Assembly (NCBI GenBank): GCA_016202795.1
Contig: JACQNY010000111.1
Location: 1-18,792, forward strand
DNA length: 18,792 nt
From: Candidatus Aenigmatarchaeota archaeon
GTDB taxonomy: Archaea; Aenigmatarchaeota; Aenigmatarchaeia; JACPZZ01
Direction of reading: 5' to 3'
Of this stretch, positions 1 to 7,430 are shown in pieces; the first letter of the stretch is position 1; every line of letters starts with the position of its first letter. A program made the translations under genes and the position numbers. The notes under the pieces are model-generated. The model was not told the DNA's origin. It searched no databases and worked only from the letters and a program-made list of their open reading frames with translations.

Positions 1-11
1 TAGGCGGGAAG

Positions 12-24
12 AAACCTTATATAC
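12..24 (+). promoter_or_regulatory. putative BRE/TATA promoter of rps26e
   Basis: 'gaaaccTTATATAc' ends about 30 nt upstream of the ATG at 53, which is the usual archaeal TATA-to-start spacing for a short or absent leader. Confidence 0.35.
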
Positions 25-52
25 ATAGCTTACAAAATTTGTTTGATAAATC

Positions 53-355
53 ATGCCTATATCATCAGCTCCCTACACTAGGAAGTATGCACACACAAAA
101 ACCAGGGGCGCGGAAACAAACGTAACCTGCGGATTCTGCGGTCGGCTGGTTCCTCGTTACAAGACATTTATCAAATACCGCGGCTTCCGCATAACAGACC
201 CTGGAATTCTAAAATCCGTGGATCCTATGTACGTTTCTGTTTACTCTCAAAAGGTCTATGCTTGTCCGAGCTGCGCCCGCCACCGCGGAATTGTCAAACC
301 CGGTAAAAGCGTACGCAAGAAACATCACCACACAATTGCAAGGCCGATGGGCTAA
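53..355 (+). CDS. rps26e: 30S ribosomal protein eS26 (S26e)
   Basis: 100 aa and basic. 'VTCGFCGRLVPRYK' and 'KVYACPSCARHRGIV' fit the eS26 zinc-ribbon pattern (CxxC ... CxSCAxH). TAA stop. Confidence 0.85.
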   Translation: MPISSAPYTRKYAHTKTRGAETNVTCGFCGRLVPRYKTFIKYRGFRITDPGILKSVDPMYVSVYSQKVYACPSCARHRGIVKPGKSVRKKHHHTIARPMG

Positions 356-419
356 ATAGCATCTGTTTTAGTTACCAGTAATTCTTAATAGCCCCCAAAC
401 CGAATATTATTCAGGTACC

Positions 420-2132
420 ATGTTTAACTTACGAGGCTCGTTGCGCAGAAAGCTTTTCAAACCTGAACAAAAGGGGCTGGTCTACGACACCGTCTACCCT
501 ATTTTCACCAAGAAGCAAAAGGCGCCTCTTGTTATAACAAGCCTGTCCGAACACGTCCACGAGATCAATATTAGTTACCCTTTGATAGACCCGTTTCTCT
601 ACGCAAACATAGCTTGGGACAAAGAGAAAAGCGAACTCGTCTACAGTGTTGTGGAGCCTTCGCTCACTGACGCGGACAGGAAGATAATAGACGAAATAAC
701 CGAAGACTTGATGGAACTGCTTGAGATCGAGTTATCAGCGATTACCAAAAAAGCCGAGGCTGTGAAATATCTGGAAGAGCACGTGAAAAGGATAATAGCC
801 GAGGCTGGGATAGACGTTCCCAAGCACAAATACGGAAAGATATTCTATTACATCTACCGTAACTTTATAGGTCTTAACGAAATAGAGCCTCTCATGAATG
901 ACCCGCGAATCGAGGACATAGGCTGCGACGGCGTGGGTGTTCCTATCTACATTGTACACAGGGTTTTTGGCTCGATAAAAACAAACATAAAATTTGACAA
1001 TCTGGAAGTTTTAAGAAACCTTGTGATTAAAATCGCTGAACGCTGCGGCCGCTATATAAGCTACGCTGAACCGATACTTGATGGAAGCTTGCCCGACGGA
1101 TCAAGGGCGCATGCCTCCTTATCATCAGACGTGACAACGCACGGCCCGACCCTGTCGATAAGAAAATTCAAGGAAGACCCGTTCTCGCCCGTGGATATAA
1201 TCGGCGTCGGAACTGCTTCCCCGGAATTGTTATCTTACCTATGGACCGCTGTAGAACATGGCTCAAGCATTCTGATCTGCGGCGGCGTTGCGACCGGCAA
1301 AACTTCTCTGTTAAACTGCCTGTCAATGTTCATAAAACCCGAGCAAAAGATAGTTACGATTGAAGACACGCGAGAATTAAGCTTGCCTCACGAAAACTGG
1401 ATACCGAGCGTTTCGCGAACAGGTTTCGGAGTTCCGACAGCAACCGGCGAAAAATACGGCGAGGTCAGCTTGTTTGATTTACTAAAAGGCTCCTTCCGTG
1501 AAAATCCGGATTACGTCATAGTGGGCGAAGTGCGGGGTAAAGAGGCCTACGTAATGTTCCAGGGAATGGCGTCAGGTCACCCGTCAATGACAACAATGCA
1601 TGCAGACTCTGTCGAAGGCGTTATCAGGCGATTAATAACCCCGCCCATAGAACTTCCGGCATCGCTTATAGAATCCCTTGACATGATCATTGTCCTGTCC
1701 CACGCCCGCGAAATCGGAAAGTCCGCAAGGCGTATAAACGAGATCGACGAGGTAGAGTCGATGGACCCGGTCACCGGGAAAGTTCACCATGTAAAAGCTT
1801 ACGCATGGGACCCGATCACTGACACGTTCCAGAAAAAAGAGGACAGCGTGCTGTTAAGGAGGATCGGATCCAAGATGGGCGTTTCCTATGAATCGTTAAT
1901 CGCCGACCTAAAACAAAAGGAAAACGTGATAAGCTGGCTTCTTGAAAAAAAGGTTTCCAAATTCGAAGATGTCGCGAACATGGTCAACCTCTATTATAAG
2001 GACAGGCACGCCCTCATGGATTGGGTGGATAAAAAAATGGAACCCTACTCGACAATCAGCAAAGAGGACATCAAAAATATGAGAACAACCGCGTCGGGCA
2101 TGAGGATTCTGGGCGAAAAAATACCCGCCTGA
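420..2132 (+). CDS. type IV filament assembly ATPase (ArlI/FlaI / PilB-type, VirB11/GspE superfamily)
   Basis: 570 aa. Walker A 'GGVATGKTSLLN', Asp/Walker B region 'PDYVIVGEVRGKEA', His-box-like 'TTMHADS'. The N-terminal domain is of the size seen in archaeal FlaI/PilB. Confidence 0.9.
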   Translation: MFNLRGSLRRKLFKPEQKGLVYDTVYPIFTKKQKAPLVITSLSEHVHEINISYPLIDPFLYANIAWDKEKSELVYSVVEPSLTDADRKIIDEITEDLMELLEIELSAITKKAEAVKYLEEHVKRIIAEAGIDVPKHKYGKIFYYIYRNFIGLNEIEPLMNDPRIEDIGCDGVGVPIYIVHRVFGSIKTNIKFDNLEVLRNLVIKIAERCGRYISYAEPILDGSLPDGSRAHASLSSDVTTHGPTLSIRKFKEDPFSPVDIIGVGTASPELLSYLWTAVEHGSSILICGGVATGKTSLLNCLSMFIKPEQKIVTIEDTRELSLPHENWIPSVSRTGFGVPTATGEKYGEVSLFDLLKGSFRENPDYVIVGEVRGKEAYVMFQGMASGHPSMTTMHADSVEGVIRRLITPPIELPASLIESLDMIIVLSHAREIGKSARRINEIDEVESMDPVTGKVHHVKAYAWDPITDTFQKKEDSVLLRRIGSKMGVSYESLIADLKQKENVISWLLEKKVSKFEDVANMVNLYYKDRHALMDWVDKKMEPYSTISKEDIKNMRTTASGMRILGEKIPA

Positions 2133-2181
2133 TCAACGAAAAATTGATTATATGGAATTACAATACTAATTAAGTGATCTG

Positions 2182-2868
2182 ATGGACCGCACAATAACCG
2201 GCATAAACGGCTTCGACGAAATGATAACGGGCGGCCTGCCTAAAAACTCTTTGACGCTTCTTACAGGCACGTGCGGCACTGGCAAAACAACCTTCTGCGC
2301 CCAATTTCTCTACAACGGCGCTACGAGATTCGGCGAGAAAGGCGTTTACATTTCGTTTGAGGAAAGCCCGGAAATAGTAAAGATGGACATGAAACAATTC
2401 GGGATGGACTTTGACGCGCTTGAAGCGGAGAGAAAAGTTATTTTCATAAAATACGACCCTTACCACATAGAGGACATATTCGACATCATAGAATCCAACG
2501 TGCGTTTAACCGGCGCAACGCGGGTTTGCATAGACTCCATATCAGCGCTCGGTCTGTATGTGCGCGACATCCCGGAACTGAGAAGAATGATATTCAACCT
2601 GGGTATGACACTTCGCAAATTAAACTGCACATCGATCATCACCTCTGAAATACCGCCCGGAGCTTCAGGAATCTCGCGCTTCGGTGTCGAGGAATTTATC
2701 AGCGACAGCGTTATAGTTTTGTATTACTTCAAGTCGGAAACAACATTCACACGCGCTATAACCATCTGGAAGATGCGTGCAACCAACCACTCTAAGAAAA
2801 TTCATCCTTACGAAATCAACGAAACAGGCTTTGTTACATATCCGCAGGAAGAGGCTGTGATGAAATAA
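2182..2868 (+). CDS. KaiC/ArlH(FlaH)-like single-domain RecA-superfamily ATPase
   Basis: 228 aa. 'GINGFDEMITGGLPKNSLTLLTGTCGTGKTTF' is the KaiC-type N-terminus plus Walker A. Also 'VYISFEES' and Walker B-like 'RVCIDSISAL'. It sits between the filament ATPase and the platform genes. Confidence 0.8.
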   Translation: MDRTITGINGFDEMITGGLPKNSLTLLTGTCGTGKTTFCAQFLYNGATRFGEKGVYISFEESPEIVKMDMKQFGMDFDALEAERKVIFIKYDPYHIEDIFDIIESNVRLTGATRVCIDSISALGLYVRDIPELRRMIFNLGMTLRKLNCTSIITSEIPPGASGISRFGVEEFISDSVIVLYYFKSETTFTRAITIWKMRATNHSKKIHPYEINETGFVTYPQEEAVMK

Positions 2869-2958
2869 CAACTCTTACGCAAGTTTTACAAGGAAACGCG
2901 TAAAAAGGGGAAATAACAATTTTAAGCAGCCGCGGATACTATAGTTATATAGATTCTG

Positions 2959-3834
2959 ATGCCCACCAAGCTGATTTCAATTGCAACAAACACCTTCGGC
3001 TGGATACCGGAAAAATTCGAAAAGGAATTGCAGCCTGTTAAAACAGGATTGGAAAAATCCGGGATGAGATACCTGCTCAAGACCTGGGTTTCCATATCCG
3101 CGGCTGTCGGTTTAGGAGCTGCGATATTTTCTCTGTTGCTGATGGGTTTTCTTTCGATCATCCTTAAAATGGAATTCGCAAACATCATGCTGTTCGCAAT
3201 ACTTCTTCCGCCGCTTTTCGGCGCGTCGGCTTTCCTTGGCATGACGTTTTATCCTTACCAGAAAGCGCTGTCAAGGAAAAGGTCAATTGACACAAACCTC
3301 CCGTTTGCGTTGAACCACATGGCCGCAATCGCGGCATCGGGCGTTCCCACATATGTAATGTTTAGCCTGCTGACCGCATTCAAGGAGTACGGCGAGATCT
3401 CAGCCGAGGCGAAAAAAATCATCCGTAACGTCGACACGTTCGGGCTGAGTATAACCAGTTCTATCCAGCAAGTGTCTGAAAGAACGCCGTCGAAAAATTT
3501 CAAGCAGCTCCTCGAAGGGATAAAATCCAGCATTGAGACCGGGGGCGATTTGAAAAAATTTCTCAGCGACCAGGCCAAAAGCTCCCTTTTCGACTACAGG
3601 ATAAAAAGGGAAAAATATATGGAGCTGCTCGCTACGTACGCGGACTTTTACACTGCAATGTTGATCGCGGCCCCGCTGTTCCTTGTTGCGATATTGACTG
3701 TCATGAACATGATAGGTGGCGCAGTTGCAGGCGCGTCAATAGAAAGCGTCATGGTTCTGGGTATTTTCGTGGCTCTTCCGCTAATGAATATAATATTTTT
3801 GGCGTTCGTCCACATCACGCAGCCTGAGGTCTAA
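2959..3834 (+). CDS. type IV filament platform protein, first T2SS-F domain half (ArlJ/FlaJ/PilC/TadB-like)
   Basis: 291 aa. N-terminal TM helices, a cytoplasmic helical T2SS-F-like domain ('LPFALNHMAAIAASGVP ... IETGGDLKKFL'), then C-terminal TM helices. The exact start is uncertain. Confidence 0.8.
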   Translation: MPTKLISIATNTFGWIPEKFEKELQPVKTGLEKSGMRYLLKTWVSISAAVGLGAAIFSLLLMGFLSIILKMEFANIMLFAILLPPLFGASAFLGMTFYPYQKALSRKRSIDTNLPFALNHMAAIAASGVPTYVMFSLLTAFKEYGEISAEAKKIIRNVDTFGLSITSSIQQVSERTPSKNFKQLLEGIKSSIETGGDLKKFLSDQAKSSLFDYRIKREKYMELLATYADFYTAMLIAAPLFLVAILTVMNMIGGAVAGASIESVMVLGIFVALPLMNIIFLAFVHITQPEV

Positions 3835-3836
3835 AT

Positions 3837-4706
3837 ATGCCGCTAAAGAAAAAAGGTCTAATAAACTGGGTATTGCGAAACAAGAAAAAAACCGCGATAA
3901 TCGGCGGCTCGCTGATAGCCGCGCTTATAGTTACCGCGATAAACTTCCTTTACTTCACGCACAACGCGACAATTTTCCAGGTTCTCGGCTCGCTTGCTGT
4001 CTTTTTGTCGTTGGGCCCCCCGTTGGCAACCAGCTATTCAGAATATTCGAGGGCAAGGGAAATAGAAAACATTTTTCCGTTGTACATAACCGATGTGGTC
4101 GACGGCGTGCGCGCGGGCATGACACTGCCGATCGCGATGAAGGCTGCCGCGAAACACGATTACGGTAAACTTAACAAGTCGGTCAGGCAGATGTCCGCGC
4201 AGATGGATTGGGGCGTGCCTTTCGATGATGTTTTGCGCGCGTTCTCCGAGTCTGCTGGCACGCCTCTGATAAAGCGTACCGTGGCAACAATAATCGAAAC
4301 CCACAGGTCTGGCGGCAATATCGTTGAGGTTTTGCAGGCCATATCGGGCGCGATATTGGAGGTGAATAAAATAAAATCCGAACGCGCCTCACACATTTAC
4401 GGACAAATGATCACAGGCTACACAATATTTTTCGTGTTTCTGGCCGTACTTATCGGCCTTCAGAAATTTTTGTTGCCGTCGCTATCCGGTCTGGGCGGCA
4501 GTCTGGAAGGCGGCCTTTCAAGCAATACTAATGCAGCCTTGTATGATTTGATGTTCGCTTCGATGATAATAATCCAGGGAACATTCTCAGGCCTGGCAAT
4601 AGGCAAAATGGCTGAAGGGTCTTTGTTCGGCGGGCTTAAACACTCCGTTGCTTTAGTGTCGATAGGCTACGGCGCATGGGTCGCGGCCGGCGCGTTTGTA
4701 GTTTAA
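3837..4706 (+). CDS. type IV filament platform protein, second T2SS-F domain half (ArlJ/FlaJ/PilC/TadC-like)
   Basis: 289 aa with the same architecture as the upstream gene ('FPLYITDVVDGVRAGMTLP ... THRSGGNIVEVL'). Its ATG lies 2 nt after the TAA of the first half. Confidence 0.8.
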   Translation: MPLKKKGLINWVLRNKKKTAIIGGSLIAALIVTAINFLYFTHNATIFQVLGSLAVFLSLGPPLATSYSEYSRAREIENIFPLYITDVVDGVRAGMTLPIAMKAAAKHDYGKLNKSVRQMSAQMDWGVPFDDVLRAFSESAGTPLIKRTVATIIETHRSGGNIVEVLQAISGAILEVNKIKSERASHIYGQMITGYTIFFVFLAVLIGLQKFLLPSLSGLGGSLEGGLSSNTNAALYDLMFASMIIIQGTFSGLAIGKMAEGSLFGGLKHSVALVSIGYGAWVAAGAFVV

Positions 4707-4733
4707 TATCCTATCGTCGGGGGAATAGCAAGA

Positions 4734-4745
4734 ATAAAATTAAAA
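4734..4745 (-). terminator. putative oligo-T terminator of the pilin operon
   Basis: The minus strand reads 'TTTTAATTTTAT' just after the pilin-1 stop. It lies in the 42-nt convergent gap facing the platform gene. Confidence 0.3.
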
Positions 4746-4748
4746 CGG

Positions 4749-5210
4749 TTACAAAAATTTTATATCTCTTGACTCTATGGTCGCGGTCGAAGCCGCATTG
4801 GAACCGCTGCAGTTATGCGGTATCCGAACTCTCGTTATCGCATTGCTGTCAACGCTTGTGTTGCTAACCGACACTGGCACGCCCGGCGCTAAACTAAGGT
4901 TGGCAGGCGCAATGATATACTCTGCGCTGCTGCCGTTGTTGAAAAGCACTATCATCTTGAAATCTCCTAATGGCACGTTACCTTGGTTAATGACCTCGGT
5001 TGAGAACCTCTTTACTGTGGAATTGTAGACTGGTGTTTCAAACGCTAACCATGCAGACGAACAGCCAACCTGTTTCGAACCTTTTTCATTAAGCGTTTGC
5101 GTTTGTGTGCGCGAATAATCGAGAACCCAGTTGCTCAATATAATTGCTACCGCCATTGTGAACGCGACCAGAAGAACCGTGGCTATCAATGGCGAAATGC
5201 CTTTTCTCAT
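4749..5210 (-). CDS. archaeal type IV pilin-like protein with class III signal peptide (pilin 1)
   Basis: I place the start at the internal ATG (aa 40 of the listed ORF), giving 'MRKG|ISPLIATVLLVAFTMAVAIILSNWV'. That is the K/R-G cleavage motif plus hydrophobic helix of the archaeal Pilin_N (DUF1628-like) type. Two Cys and five N-x-S/T sequons. Confidence 0.8.
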   Translation of the reverse strand: MRKGISPLIATVLLVAFTMAVAIILSNWVLDYSRTQTQTLNEKGSKQVGCSSAWLAFETPVYNSTVKRFSTEVINQGNVPLGDFKMIVLFNNGSSAEYIIAPANLSLAPGVPVSVSNTSVDSNAITRVRIPHNCSGSNAASTATIESRDIKFL

Positions 5211-5254
5211 ATTATTAATTGGTTTATCGGTCCAATAAATAGTTTGTTTTTTTT

Positions 5255-5752
5255 CTAAAGGCTTGTCACAGTCCCGACAACAGTATACCTGCTCTGGCAC
5301 AGGGCTGTGACGCGAACTTCGCGCCAAGTTACGCCGGAAGGGACAATCCCGCTCAATATATAATTGTTAAGTTTGACAGAAGAACCGACTGCTAAATTCC
5401 TGACCGTTGCGTCTATGTTTGGCACTGTATTATTCGTATAGGTAACGCCGTTTGCGTCTCTGACAGTAACGCCTGTAATGTTTAACGTCTCCGTACCGCT
5501 GGAATATGTTATTGTCACATTAAACCTGCTGCCGTCGTTAGTGCTGTTGCCCAGAACCGAAACGTCGTCCCTGTCAATGGAAAGCGTTGAATACGCGCAT
5601 AAAGTCTGCTGATCCCCGCGCTGCCCTATTGTTTCGGTCTGCTGCTGCGTAAAACCTGTTATCCACGTAACTATGACCGCTGCAACAGCCATGGTAAATC
5701 CTACCAGTAAAACAGAAGCGATCAACGGGTTGAGGCCTTTCGCATTTCTCAT
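5255..5752 (-). CDS. archaeal type IV pilin-like protein with class III signal peptide (pilin 2)
   Basis: 'MRNAKG|LNPLIASVLLVGFTMAVAAVIVTWITGF'. Two Cys and four sequons. Paralog of pilin 3. TAG stop. Confidence 0.85.
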   Translation of the reverse strand: MRNAKGLNPLIASVLLVGFTMAVAAVIVTWITGFTQQQTETIGQRGDQQTLCAYSTLSIDRDDVSVLGNSTNDGSRFNVTITYSSGTETLNITGVTVRDANGVTYTNNTVPNIDATVRNLAVGSSVKLNNYILSGIVPSGVTWREVRVTALCQSRYTVVGTVTSL

Positions 5753-5766
5753 TTTATATCATGAAC

Positions 5767-6243
5767 CTAGAACTTGACCGTGCCGGTAACAACGTACTGG
5801 CTCTGGCACAAACCAGTTACTTTAAACTCTGCAAGCGCGACCCCACCTGGTATAACAGCGTTATTTGTAAGGTTATAATTGATAAACTTGCGCGACTCGC
5901 CGACAGCCCAGTTCAATCCTGTCGCGCTCGACCCGAGCGGGGTAATATTCGTGTATGTGACGCCGTTTGCATCCCTTAATGTGAAGCCAGTGATATTCAA
6001 AGTTTCGGTCCCGCCGGAATATGTTACTGTAACATTGAAGTTTGTACCAGTCGCGCTGACATCGTCCCTGTCAACTGACAGAACAGAGTAACCGCACAAA
6101 ACCTGGCGCTCGCCGCGCGTGCCTATGTTGGATGTCTGCTGCTGCGTAAAACCTGTTATCCACGTAACTATTATCGCAGCTACTGCCATTGTAAACGCTA
6201 CTAAAAGAACAGACGCGATAAGCGGGGACAAGCCTTTTCTCAT
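5767..6243 (-). CDS. archaeal type IV pilin-like protein with class III signal peptide (pilin 3)
   Basis: 'MRKG|LSPLIASVLLVAFTMAVAAIIVTWITGF'. A GGAG Shine-Dalgarno ('aaaGGAGaaaaaaATG') lies upstream. Two Cys and four sequons. Confidence 0.85.
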   Translation of the reverse strand: MRKGLSPLIASVLLVAFTMAVAAIIVTWITGFTQQQTSNIGTRGERQVLCGYSVLSVDRDDVSATGTNFNVTVTYSGGTETLNITGFTLRDANGVTYTNITPLGSSATGLNWAVGESRKFINYNLTNNAVIPGGVALAEFKVTGLCQSQYVVTGTVKF

Positions 6244-6291
6244 TTTTTTCTCCTTTGATATTATTATGCCGGAATCCTATTTAAACATTGT

Positions 6292-6753
6292 TTAAACAGT
6301 TTTATCGACAAATGAATACTCGGGACAGTTCGAAACCACGCGGAATCTGGTTATATTCGAAACTCCGTTGACTATGAACGATCTTGGCTCGCCGGCCGGC
6401 AGCGTGGTGTTTTGTTTGCCTATAACGCTGTTATCCGTATCTAGGGAAATGCGGCCTATGCCGCTGCCGTTGTAAAGGAATAACGTGAAATTCTGCAGTC
6501 CGATCCTTCCGTCGTTGTTTATTATCAGTATAAGCTGGTTGGAATTCTTGTCGTATGTGTAAGTGTCAAGGCTCATTCTGGCGTAAACGCAATTGGCTTC
6601 ATTGCCTTTCGTAGTCAGCGTCGAGGTTTGCTGGGTCATGTATTGGGTAGCCCATGTAGCGAGGATGGCTGCGATTGCCATTGTAAATGATATCAACAGC
6701 ACAGAAGCGACAAGCGGTGAAACGCCTTTTCGGATATCCGCCTTATGAGCCAT
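6292..6753 (-). CDS. archaeal type IV pilin-like protein with class III signal peptide (pilin 4)
   Basis: 'MAHKADIRKG|VSPLVASVLLISFTMAIAAILATW'. Two Cys and four sequons. A TATA-like 'ATATTTAA' lies upstream on the minus strand. Confidence 0.85.
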   Translation of the reverse strand: MAHKADIRKGVSPLVASVLLISFTMAIAAILATWATQYMTQQTSTLTTKGNEANCVYARMSLDTYTYDKNSNQLILIINNDGRIGLQNFTLFLYNGSGIGRISLDTDNSVIGKQNTTLPAGEPRSFIVNGVSNITRFRVVSNCPEYSFVDKTV

Positions 6754-6796
6754 AATATAGTTTTTGCGTTTGTTTCTTAAATATGATTTTTCCTGA

Positions 6797-7117
6797 TTAA
6801 ACGTGCTTCTTGGTTATTTCTATGATCTTTGCGATGTCCCCGTCAGACAAATCAATAACATCCTTCTGGAACAGTATTTTGACCTCTTCGACCGTTTTTG
6901 GCAGGTTGTTTATTATTTTTACAATAAGGTCTTCCCTCAACTTCTCTACAAGTCGCAATTCGCTGGCTATCTTCTCATCGTCTTCCAGTTTCGAGAATTT
7001 TCTAAGGTGTTCTAAGCTCGATTTCTGCTCGTAACTTAGCTCGCCTTCCTTCTCCCTTTCCTCAAGCATCTTCTTTGCCCTCGGATAGGAAACGAATTTT
7101 TCCTCAACAATCTTCAT
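6797..7117 (-). CDS. rpoF: DNA-directed RNA polymerase subunit Rpo4 (RpoF)
   Basis: 106 aa, K/E-rich and helical. It sits immediately downstream of rpl21e with an ATGA overlap, which is the conserved archaeal rpl21e-rpoF pairing. Confidence 0.75.
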   Translation of the reverse strand: MKIVEEKFVSYPRAKKMLEEREKEGELSYEQKSSLEHLRKFSKLEDDEKIASELRLVEKLREDLIVKIINNLPKTVEEVKILFQKDVIDLSDGDIAKIIEITKKHV

Positions 7118-7398
7118 TTTCCGAGCCTCCTGATATGTTCAGGCTTTACGGCCAGCGTTTTCATTTTGTTGCCGTCCATTACGCTGACAATGTATGCGGC
7201 GCCTCTTTTGCCCGAAATCTTGCCCGCCATCCCCTTAAATCTTGGGAACGGCATGCCCTGTGCGGATGCGGAATCGGGCAGTATGACAACAATGTCACCC
7301 TGTTCAAAAGATTGCAAATATCTGGTAATAGGGGTCTTATTATGCTTCTTCAATTTCTTCCTTGTGCCCCAGCGCACGCCGTGCGATCTTGTTACCAT
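7114..7398 (-). CDS. rpl21e: 50S ribosomal protein eL21 (L21e)
   Basis: 94 aa. 'SHGVRWGTRKKL ... FEQGDIVVI ... GMPFPRFKGMAGKI' is typical of eL21. A GGTGA Shine-Dalgarno lies 6 nt upstream. Confidence 0.9.
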   Translation of the reverse strand: MVTRSHGVRWGTRKKLKKHNKTPITRYLQSFEQGDIVVILPDSASAQGMPFPRFKGMAGKISGKRGAAYIVSVMDGNKMKTLAVKPEHIRRLGK

Positions 7399-7430
7399 GT
7401 TCTCACCTGTTTATTTAGCCGATAAACATA

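Noticed and set aside
5211-5327. The N-terminal 39-codon extension of the pilin-1 ORF (TTG start, 'CCRDCDK' looks like a Zn knuckle)
   Set aside because: A class III signal peptide must be N-terminal. The ATG at 5208..5210 gives the canonical MRKG|ISPLIA start. The extension also overlaps the 3' end of pilin 2 and begins at a TTG.
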